From a bacterium (GTDB taxonomy: Bacteria > SZUA-182 > DTGQ01 > JAFGSM01): a stretch of DNA of 64,000 bases. The stretch covers positions 41,540-105,539 of the forward strand of contig JBLIRN010000004.1 of the NCBI GenBank assembly GCA_049472315.1, given 5' to 3'. Within the stretch, counting starts at the first letter, position 1; each line of letters begins with the position of its first letter. Of the stretch, positions 40,340 to 48,771 are shown one piece after another. The notes under the pieces are model-generated. The model saw only the letters and a program-made list of their open reading frames with translations. It was not told where the DNA came from and did no database searches. Both the position numbers and the translations under genes were made by a program.

Positions 40340-41203
40340 ATGCGTACCAAGCGGATCCTTCTTCTTTTGGCCTATACTGCTATCGCGTTTCTCATCTTCA
40401 CGGTTTTCTTGTTTCCCTCCGAGATGATCACCAGAAAAACCGAGTGGGCCATCTCACGGCATTTCCCCGGCACCGTTCAGATCAAGGATGTCTCCTTCAT
40501 TCTCCCGGCAGGGGTGCGGATTCGGGGACTGGAGATCATCGTCCCCGCAGACGAGAAGCCCTTTTCCATTATAATAGACAGAGCCGAAGCAGGGATCGAT
40601 TTCCTCTCGCTGGTGAAGGGGAAGATCGGTATCAAGGGGAAAATAACCATAGGAGAAGGGATGATTCAGGCATCCATGAATCACAGGGTATGGGGGGCGC
40701 CTGCGCGACACCTCTCTGCCGCCTTCACCAATCTTGCCCTTCAAGATTTCCCCGTGCTCTCCCAGAAGTTTGGAATCCATGTCACCGGCCTCCTGCAGGG
40801 TGATCTGGACGTTGACTGGATAGGGGAAGACATCATCAACGGCAGCGGAAGGTGGTCGTTCACAATCGACGAGGGACGAATGATCCCCAGGCAATTCCCT
40901 GCATTCAGCTATACGTCGATCACGGGAGAGGGGTCCATCAAGGAGCAGCACGTGGTGATTGACCGCATCGAGATTCAAGGGGATGATCTGTCCCTTAACG
41001 CCTCCGGACGTGTGCGGCTTGCATACCAGTTACAGCAGCTTTTGGTGGATACCCAGGTGGGCTTAAAGGTATTCCCCAGGCTGCGGCAGAGACTGGGCGG
41101 ATTTGCCACCCTCTTGCCCACGCCGGATACCCACGGCTTCATCAATCTCTTTATATCCGGCCCGCCGGGAGATCTTAGATTTTCATCACGGCGCCACCGA
41201 TGA
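40340..41203 (+). CDS. Type II secretion system protein N (GspN)-like protein
   Basis: N-terminal TM ending FLFP, beta-rich body, I.G.DL...ASG...L, and C-terminal ISG....R. Called by resemblance. Confidence 0.65.
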   Translation: MRTKRILLLLAYTAIAFLIFTVFLFPSEMITRKTEWAISRHFPGTVQIKDVSFILPAGVRIRGLEIIVPADEKPFSIIIDRAEAGIDFLSLVKGKIGIKGKITIGEGMIQASMNHRVWGAPARHLSAAFTNLALQDFPVLSQKFGIHVTGLLQGDLDVDWIGEDIINGSGRWSFTIDEGRMIPRQFPAFSYTSITGEGSIKEQHVVIDRIEIQGDDLSLNASGRVRLAYQLQQLLVDTQVGLKVFPRLRQRLGGFATLLPTPDTHGFINLFISGPPGDLRFSSRRHR

Positions 41204-41358
41204 TCCCTCCCCATAGCACGTGATAATAAAGCACGGAATGGAAGGGAAATCGCCGGTTAATTATTGACTTATACCAAAAAAGTTGCTATTTTTTAATAAT
41301 ATTCCATCTGATCATACCTGCATCCCGAATCGTATCAATCCAGAAGGAGGTCATTACA

Positions 41359-42501
41359 ATGCAAAAGAAACTGCTCCTGTCGCCAGGTCCCACACCCGTT
41401 CCGTCCGAGGCCTTGCTTGCCATGGCACAGCCGATCATCCATCACCGGACGCCGGAATTTACCGAAATACTCAATCAGGTCCAGGAGGGATTGAAATACC
41501 TGTTCCAGACGGAACAAGATGTCCTCATCATCGCCGGCTCGGGCACCGCAGCGATGGAGGCCTCGGTCTCCAATATCCTCTCCCCCGGAGACAAGGCCAT
41601 CTGTATTCGGGGGGGAAAATTCGGCGAGCGATGGGCGGATCTGTGCACCGCCTACGGCGTCAACCCGATCAACATCGACGTGGAGTGGGGGAAGGCCCTT
41701 GATCCCAAGGTTCTGGAGGACCACCTGTCCAAGAACACGGATGTCAAGGCCGTGTACGCAACCATGAGTGAAACCTCCACCGGGGTGCGATACGATATCG
41801 AGGCATTCGCCAAGATCGTGTCCCGTCATCCGGGGACCGTCCTGGTGGTGGATGCCATCACCGCCGTGGGCGTCATGGATGTGCCCATGGACAAATGGGG
41901 GATCGACGTCCTGGTCTGCGGATCGCAGAAGGCATTGATGCTTCCTCCGGGACTCGCCTTCATCAGCCTCAGTGAAAAGGCATGGAAGTGCACCGAATCC
42001 TCCACCTGCCCCAAATACTACCTTAATCTCAAAAAGGAGAAAAAGAATCTGGCCAAGGGGCAGACCGCGTATACCCCTGCCGTGTCCCTGATCGTCGGTC
42101 TGAACGAAACCCTCAAAATGATCAGGGAAGAGGGGCTTACCAATGTATTCAAACGCCACGCCACCCTTGCAGCGGCAACCCGAGCAGCATGCCAGGCCCT
42201 CGGCCTGGAGCTCCTGGCAAATGACTCCCCTTCGGATGCGGTCACCGCTGTATGTGCCCCCGAAGGGACCGATGCCTCCCAGATCATCAAGAAGATGAAG
42301 GGAAAGTATGGGATGATTATCGCAGGAGGCCAGGAGCATCTCAAGGGAAAGATCTTCCGCATCGCCCATTTGGGCTATTTTGACAAGTGCGACATATTCT
42401 CGGCCGTCGCCCACCTGGAGCTCTCCCTGAAGGAACTGGGAATTCCGGCAAAACCGGGAGCGGGTATCGCTGCTGCGGAACAGGTGTTTCTGGCCGAATA
42501 G
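41359..42501 (+). CDS. Class V PLP aminotransferase (serine-pyruvate / phosphoserine aminotransferase type)
   Basis: PGPTP, ETSTG, VDAI, GSQKALMLPPG and FRIAHLG, directly upstream of serA. Confidence 0.9.
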   Translation: MQKKLLLSPGPTPVPSEALLAMAQPIIHHRTPEFTEILNQVQEGLKYLFQTEQDVLIIAGSGTAAMEASVSNILSPGDKAICIRGGKFGERWADLCTAYGVNPINIDVEWGKALDPKVLEDHLSKNTDVKAVYATMSETSTGVRYDIEAFAKIVSRHPGTVLVVDAITAVGVMDVPMDKWGIDVLVCGSQKALMLPPGLAFISLSEKAWKCTESSTCPKYYLNLKKEKKNLAKGQTAYTPAVSLIVGLNETLKMIREEGLTNVFKRHATLAAATRAACQALGLELLANDSPSDAVTAVCAPEGTDASQIIKKMKGKYGMIIAGGQEHLKGKIFRIAHLGYFDKCDIFSAVAHLELSLKELGIPAKPGAGIAAAEQVFLAE

Positions 42502-42527
42502 ATTGACAAACACAGGAGGAACGAGCG

Positions 42528-44111
42528 ATGAAGGTCCTTGTCAGTGACAAGCTTTCGCCCAAAGGCGTAAAGATATTCGAGGAAACGGAGGGCATCCAAG
42601 TGGATGTCAAAACCGGCATGGCCCCGGAGGAATTGATCGCCTGCATACCTGCATACGATGCCCTGGTGGTGCGCAGCGCCACCAAGGTCACCCCCCAGGT
42701 GATCGAGGCGGCGAAAAACCTGAAGGTGATCGGCAGGGCGGGAAGCGGGGTGGACAACATCGACCTGCCCTCTGCCACAAAACACGGTATTGTGGTCATG
42801 AACACCCCCGGCGGGAACACCATCACCACCGCAGAGCATGCCGTCTCCATGCTCCTTGCCCTGTGCCGGCACATACCCCAGGCGGATGCCTCCATGAAGC
42901 AGAAGAAATGGGAAAAGAAGAAGTTCATGGGCACCGAATACTTCGGCAAGACTCTCGGTGTCCTCGGGCTCGGCAAGATCGGCACCGAGGTGGCCAAACG
43001 GGCACGGGGATTGATGATGAAGGTCATCGCCTACGACCCCTTCATCTCCGCCGATGCCGCCCAAAAGCTCGAGGTGGAGCTGGTCGGCCTCGAGGATCTC
43101 TTTGCACGGGCCGATTTCATTACCGTCCATACCCCGAAAAGCCCGGAGACCATGAACCTCATCAATGCAAAGACCATCGCCTTGATGAAGGACGGGGTGA
43201 AGATCGTCAATTGCGCTCGCGGGGGTATTGTGAACGAACAGGACCTTGCCGACGCCGTCAAAAAGGGAAAGGTCTCGGGTGCCGCGCTTGACGTCTTCTC
43301 GCAGGAGCCACCCGCTGAGGACAGCCCCCTCCTCGGTCTCGCCCAGGTCATCATGACCCCGCACCTTGGGGCGTCAACGGAAGAGGCCCAGGACAAGGTT
43401 GCGGTGGACATCGCCTATCAGATCGTTGACATGCTCAAAAACGGCACCATATGCAATGCGGTGAACGCCCCCTGCGTGGCCAAGGAGGTCCTTGCAAACA
43501 TCAAGCCCTATATCACCCTCGCGGAGAGGATGGGAAGCATCGTGTGCCAGATCGCCGAGGGACGGATGAACGAGTTCCTGATAAGCTACAGCGGCGAGGT
43601 GCTCAACAACGACCTGGCACCGATCACCATGGCGGCGATCAAGGGGCTTCTGGGCCCCATCCTCCACGAGGAGGTGAATGATGTCAACGCCATGCTCGTT
43701 GCCAAGGACCGGGGGATAAAGGTCGAGGAGATAAAGGAGAGCGTCACCGGGGCCTATTCCAGCCTCGTATCCCTCACCCTCGTCACCGACAAGGGGAAGT
43801 CCTCCATCGCCGGCACCCTTTTCAATCGCATCGAACCACGGATCGTTGAGATGAATGGTTTCGACATCGAGATCGTGCCCGCGGAAAACATGCTCGTCTT
43901 TTCGAACATCGACAAGCCGGGATTGATCGGGAGCATCGGTACCACCCTGGGGCAGCACCACGTGAACATTGCGGGGATGCAGTTCGGCAGGGCGAAACCG
44001 GGCGGTGACGCGGTATCGGTCCTGAGCGTGGACAGCCGGGTGAGCGAGGAGTTGCTCACCGAACTCGGCAAGCTCCCCAACGTGGTGAGCGTCAAATCGG
44101 TGCGGCTCTAA
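42528..44111 (+). CDS. serA: D-3-phosphoglycerate dehydrogenase
   Basis: RSATKV, GLGKIG, NCARGG, TPHLGAST, and ASB plus ACT domains. Confidence 0.96.
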   Translation: MKVLVSDKLSPKGVKIFEETEGIQVDVKTGMAPEELIACIPAYDALVVRSATKVTPQVIEAAKNLKVIGRAGSGVDNIDLPSATKHGIVVMNTPGGNTITTAEHAVSMLLALCRHIPQADASMKQKKWEKKKFMGTEYFGKTLGVLGLGKIGTEVAKRARGLMMKVIAYDPFISADAAQKLEVELVGLEDLFARADFITVHTPKSPETMNLINAKTIALMKDGVKIVNCARGGIVNEQDLADAVKKGKVSGAALDVFSQEPPAEDSPLLGLAQVIMTPHLGASTEEAQDKVAVDIAYQIVDMLKNGTICNAVNAPCVAKEVLANIKPYITLAERMGSIVCQIAEGRMNEFLISYSGEVLNNDLAPITMAAIKGLLGPILHEEVNDVNAMLVAKDRGIKVEEIKESVTGAYSSLVSLTLVTDKGKSSIAGTLFNRIEPRIVEMNGFDIEIVPAENMLVFSNIDKPGLIGSIGTTLGQHHVNIAGMQFGRAKPGGDAVSVLSVDSRVSEELLTELGKLPNVVSVKSVRL

Positions 44112-45982
44112 GGGCGTTTTCCGGCAGATCTGCCTTTGAGGAACACCATAAGGATGGAGAGCCCTGCAGGGGTCATGCCCGGTATGCGTGATGCCTGGGC
44201 AAGAGAGAGGGGCTGGATGCGCGCAAGCTTCTCCCGCACCTCGTGAGACAATCCAGGGACTTCACTGTAATCAATCCCCTGGGGGATCCGTATTCGGTCC
44301 AACTCCTTGAAGTGTTTGATATCCTGGAGCTGCTTTTTAATATAGCCGTCGTACTTGAGCTGGATCTCCACCTGGCGTGACACCCGGGGTTCGGACGAAG
44401 GCCACTCCGGGTCCAACCGCTCCATGGTGCGGGCATCCACACCCGGTCTTTTGAGGATACCGGCGAGGGTGCACGCCTCGTCGATGGGGGTGGTGTCGGC
44501 CTCCGCCAGCACCCGGTTGACCGCATCCGAGGGTTTTACCGAGGTCCGTTCGAGACGGCTGATATGCGCGTCGATCCGCCGTTTTTCATCGCAGAGCCCA
44601 TGGTAGGTCACATCGTCCATGAGGCCCAACTCCCTGGCCCTGTCCATGAGCCGGTATGCAGCATTGTCCTCCCGCAGGAGGAGCCTGTACTCCGCCCGCG
44701 AGGTGAACATCCGATAGGGTTCGTCCGTTCCCCTCGTGATCAGGTCATCCACCATCACCCCCATGTATGCCTCGGAACGATCCAGCACAAAGGGAGGCCT
44801 CCCCTGCACCTTCAGGGCCGCATTGATTCCCGCCCACAGGCCCTGTGCCGCTGCCTCCTCATATCCGGACGTGCCGTTTACCTGCCCCGCCAGATAGAGG
44901 GCGGAGACCGGCCGCGTCTCAAGGGTTGGCAGGAGCTGATTCGGCTGGGCATAGTCATACTCTATGGCATAGGAGGGGCGCATGATCTCCGCCTCCTCCA
45001 GTCCCTTCACCGACCTCACGAGCTTCCACTGGATATCGGGGGGCAGGCTGTTTCCCAGGCCGCTCGCATACATCTCCTCCGTATCCAGCCCCTCCGGTTG
45101 CAGGATCACCTGGTGGGACTCGCGTTCGGGGAATTTCATCACCTTGTCCTCCAGGGAGGGACAATACCGGGCAGGGGTGCCTGTAATCGCCCCGCTGTAC
45201 AGGGGTGACAGGTGGATATGCCCCCTGATCAGCGCGTGGGTCCGCTCGTTCGTGGCGGTTATGGCGCAGGAAAGCTGTGGGAGGACGAGCCCGCCCGTCC
45301 GTGATGAGAAAAACCGCGGGACCTCATCACCATCCTGCCTTTGCATGGAGTCAAAATCGATGGTGGAGCGTTTCAGCCGCGCGGGGGTCCCGGTCTTGAG
45401 GCGTCCCATGCGGAAGCCCAGGCCCCTCAGGTCGTCTGCAAGCGACTCGGAGGAGAATTCCCAGGCCCTTCCCGCAGGAAACCTTCGATTCCCCACGTGG
45501 ATCAAACCGTGTAAAAAGGTTCCTGTGGCGATCACAACGGCGCCGGCCTTGTACTGATTGCCCAGATTGTCCTCCAGGCCGCACACCCTCCCCTCCTCCA
45601 CCATCAGCCTTTCCACCATGGCCTGCCTGACATCCAGATTGGCCTGCCCCTCCAGAATCCCCTTGACAGCGGCATGGTAGCGGAGCTTGTCGTTCTGGGT
45701 GCGCGTCCCCTGTACCGCAGGGCCCTTGCTGGTATTGAGAACCCGAAACTGCAGTGCGGTGCTGTCGGCGACCATTCCCATTACCCCACCCAGCGCGTCG
45801 ATCTCCTTTACCAGGTGGCCTTTACCCAGGCCGCCGACGGAAGGGCTGCAGGGCATGGCGGCGATGGTATCCAAGTTAATGGTGAGCAGGAGGGTCCTGC
45901 ATCCCAGGCGGGCGGAGGCCAGGGATGCCTCCACCCCTGCATGCCCGCCTCCGACCACGATGACATCATACTCGTACATCAT
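44108..45982 (-). CDS. mnmG: tRNA uridine-5-carboxymethylaminomethyl(34) synthesis enzyme MnmG (GidA)
   Basis: GGGHAG.EA, RLKTGTP.R, RYCPS.EDK, GTSGYEEAAAQG and EPYRMFTSRAEYRL. Confidence 0.97.
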   Translation of the reverse strand: MMYEYDVIVVGGGHAGVEASLASARLGCRTLLLTINLDTIAAMPCSPSVGGLGKGHLVKEIDALGGVMGMVADSTALQFRVLNTSKGPAVQGTRTQNDKLRYHAAVKGILEGQANLDVRQAMVERLMVEEGRVCGLEDNLGNQYKAGAVVIATGTFLHGLIHVGNRRFPAGRAWEFSSESLADDLRGLGFRMGRLKTGTPARLKRSTIDFDSMQRQDGDEVPRFFSSRTGGLVLPQLSCAITATNERTHALIRGHIHLSPLYSGAITGTPARYCPSLEDKVMKFPERESHQVILQPEGLDTEEMYASGLGNSLPPDIQWKLVRSVKGLEEAEIMRPSYAIEYDYAQPNQLLPTLETRPVSALYLAGQVNGTSGYEEAAAQGLWAGINAALKVQGRPPFVLDRSEAYMGVMVDDLITRGTDEPYRMFTSRAEYRLLLREDNAAYRLMDRARELGLMDDVTYHGLCDEKRRIDAHISRLERTSVKPSDAVNRVLAEADTTPIDEACTLAGILKRPGVDARTMERLDPEWPSSEPRVSRQVEIQLKYDGYIKKQLQDIKHFKELDRIRIPQGIDYSEVPGLSHEVREKLARIQPLSLAQASRIPGMTPAGLSILMVFLKGRSAGKRP

Positions 45983-46170
45983 CCCTCTCCCGTACTCCTC
46001 TATAATCTCCTTTCAGGTGAAAGGATGAAAGTGTAATCATTGAAACAACTTAGTCAATAATACCATGCCCCTGCAACAGCCGTCAAAGATTGGCAGGTCC
46101 CAGCAATTCTCATTTTGAGCCTTAAGTGCCGCCATTACCGTGTATCACTTGATTGTTGTATAATGGGTAC

Positions 46171-47148
46171 ATGTCTGACATGAAAAATCCCTTTCAGGGA
46201 AAGGGAAGACGATATAACGATTTCAATGGATTTCTGAGGAGGACCTTCGGGGTCAGGGTCCACAAGATCAGCCTCGATGCCGGATTGGGATGCCCCAACC
46301 GCGATGGGACCATCTCCTCAGCAGGGTGCATATACTGCAACGAACGGGGATCGGGTACCGGGGCTTGGCAACAAGGGCTTTCCGTCAGGGAACAGATTTT
46401 GCGGGCACAGACATATCTAAGAAAGCGTTTCAAAGCGGAGAAATTTCTCGCCTATTTTCAATCATTTTCAAACACCTATGCACCTCAGAAAAGGCTTGAG
46501 GCCTTGTACCGGGAGGCGTTGGAACCCGATGACATGGCAGGGCTCTGCATCGGCACCAGACCCGACTGTGTTCCTGAGGAAACCCTCGCCATGATTCAGG
46601 GCTTCACCGAAGCATACATGGTCTGGCTGGAATACGGACTTCAGTCCTTCCATAATCGTACCCTTACCCTCATCAACAGGGGGCACACGGTGAAGGCATT
46701 CCTGGATGCGGTCCAGAGGACCAGAATGAGGGGGATCAATGTGTGCGTGCATGTCATACTCGGGCTACCCGGAGAGGACACAAGGGATATGATGGAGACG
46801 GCGGATCGCCTCTCCATGCTCGACATCCAGGGAATCAAGATCCACCTCCTTTATGTCGTCAAGGGCACCCCCCTCGCCCGCCTCTATGAGAGGGAAGAAT
46901 ACGCATGCCTCACCAGGGAGGAGTACGTGGATATCCTCATCTCCTTCCTCGCCCGTCTTCGCCCTGATATCATCATCCAGCGTTTGACCGGGGATCCCCA
47001 TCCGGAGGACCTCCTGGCGCCCTCCTGGGCCCTTGACAAGGGGAAGGTCCTTGCCCTCATCCAGGCCAGAATGGAAGAGGAGGATGCGTGGCAGGGAAAG
47101 AACCATACGGGACATTCCGACACGTGCGCCTCATCCCCCGAAGGATGA
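46171..47148 (+). CDS. YhcC/TIGR01212-family radical SAM protein
   Basis: CPNRDG.....GCIYC, YFQ, GTRPDC and H.ILGLPGE. Confidence 0.92.
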   Translation: MSDMKNPFQGKGRRYNDFNGFLRRTFGVRVHKISLDAGLGCPNRDGTISSAGCIYCNERGSGTGAWQQGLSVREQILRAQTYLRKRFKAEKFLAYFQSFSNTYAPQKRLEALYREALEPDDMAGLCIGTRPDCVPEETLAMIQGFTEAYMVWLEYGLQSFHNRTLTLINRGHTVKAFLDAVQRTRMRGINVCVHVILGLPGEDTRDMMETADRLSMLDIQGIKIHLLYVVKGTPLARLYEREEYACLTREEYVDILISFLARLRPDIIIQRLTGDPHPEDLLAPSWALDKGKVLALIQARMEEEDAWQGKNHTGHSDTCASSPEG

Positions 47149-47260
47149 ATCCCCTTCGAAATGCCCCCTCCCCTTTTTCCCGCAGTTACTCACTCTATTG
47201 CGTATGAGCAATTGCCTTCCTTCGCCCATCATCCGGATTGCTGTATAAGCAGGTGGCCCG

Positions 47261-48034
47261 TCAGATGAGGGTCAGGCTGAACACCCCTCTATCCACGACA
47301 GGGCCGCCGAATCCTATCGATTCCGAATAGGTTCCGGTCATGGTGGTGGGAGAGGTAAGGGTACAGCTCATAACAACGGTGAATCCCCCGGCACCGATAA
47401 CCCCCTGCAATTCGAAAAGGGGCGTGCCGGTCAGTGCCCCCTGCACATCAAAGAGGGTGTTGGCAAAACGGCTCCCCTCCAGGATACAGGTGCCGCTGAT
47501 GGTATTGAGGGTAGGATTTTCAGCAAGGGTCATCGTCATGGTGCCCGAATTAAACAGGATGATAAAGGCAACAAAGGTGCTCTGCCATATGCCGATCCAG
47601 GTCCCCGCCTGTGCCGCCATCCGCATGGGAAGAGGCGCGGCGAGGGCCAGAGAGGCCTGGCTCGCGGATATCGGGGACAATGTGGCTAATGAGAAGGGAA
47701 CCTGCGGCAGCGTTAGAGAGGGGAACCCGGAACCCCCTCCAAGTCCGCCAAGAAACGACAGTGGCAGGCTGAATCGTGCAGCAAGCGGATTGAACGACGA
47801 ATACAGGGAACCGGTACCAAGGCCGTAGCTAAAGGGATTGAACTGGAACAGGGGAGAGCCCAGTCCCCACGATTGATACCCCCATGAAGTCAGCGGTGCA
47901 AACGTGGAGATGAGCGGATTAAAGGTGATGCCGGAAAGCTGGGCCATCCCGGGAGCAGGTCTGAGGATGGTGAGGGACACGAGGACTGCCAAAACGATAC
48001 AAACGACGAGGATTCCTTGAACTTCCTTTTTCAT
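47261..48034 (-). CDS. Secreted protein with F/L/P/S/G-rich low-complexity region and C-terminal beta-domain
   Basis: GAGGTG SD, signal peptide GMA|Q, repeated FNP, and a domain starting GTWIGIW. Confidence 0.8.
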   Translation of the reverse strand: MKKEVQGILVVCIVLAVLVSLTILRPAPGMAQLSGITFNPLISTFAPLTSWGYQSWGLGSPLFQFNPFSYGLGTGSLYSSFNPLAARFSLPLSFLGGLGGGSGFPSLTLPQVPFSLATLSPISASQASLALAAPLPMRMAAQAGTWIGIWQSTFVAFIILFNSGTMTMTLAENPTLNTISGTCILEGSRFANTLFDVQGALTGTPLFELQGVIGAGGFTVVMSCTLTSPTTMTGTYSESIGFGGPVVDRGVFSLTLI

Positions 48035-48771
48035 GGTAAACTCACCTCTCTACTGAATTGTTGACCCTATTGTAACCATCTTCCTCCACCATGGCCCTCC
48101 ATGACGAACGGGGTTGAGAATGCAGGATGGATGTGACCGAACAGGGCAGTATCGACACGTCCCTGCATCGAAGGAGATGTCAGGTGAAGGAATTGCCGGA
48201 AAACTGCTTTTATATGCCGATGCCATTCAGTAGGTGAATCGCATGGTAAACGGCGCTGCTGAGTACAAAATAATCCGCTAATACTACTCCTATTTCAATA
48301 ATTGTTCATACTCAAAACACTTTATATTAATTTTACAATAGCGTATAATTTTTTTCAACCGCCCTGCAAAAACGCATCCGGTGAAGTAACCCTGTCCGCC
48401 CCCGGATTAACGGTTCAAAAAGGAATTGCTGCAAACGTGCCGGCCGGATTAACAGACCGGGTTGACAGTAACCGTTAAAAAATGGATAATAGGCATGCTT
48501 GTTATTTTTTGCTTTACCTGCGTTTGTTCTCACACACTACGGTTGTCTTGAAAATGCCGAAGTTATGATGGATACGATTCCTGCCTTATGCACCGGTGTT
48601 TTTCACAGGAATTGAATTGCCTTTCAGGTAGGAACTGTTTGGCACGAAGGAAATGAGGGAAACAATACCCTTTTTGTTTACCCCGATTCCGTGTACACAC
48701 CATAAATAGGGAGGGCCCCTATGTCCAGTGCAGACGACGCTTCATTGTTCTCGTTCTACTATAGCCTCCAG

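Noticed and set aside
48426..48443. Sigma-54 promoter for the 47261 gene (minus strand CCGGCACGTTTGCAGC)
   Set aside because: The spacing is right, but the -12 box is poor and the site is about 400 bp from the start codon.
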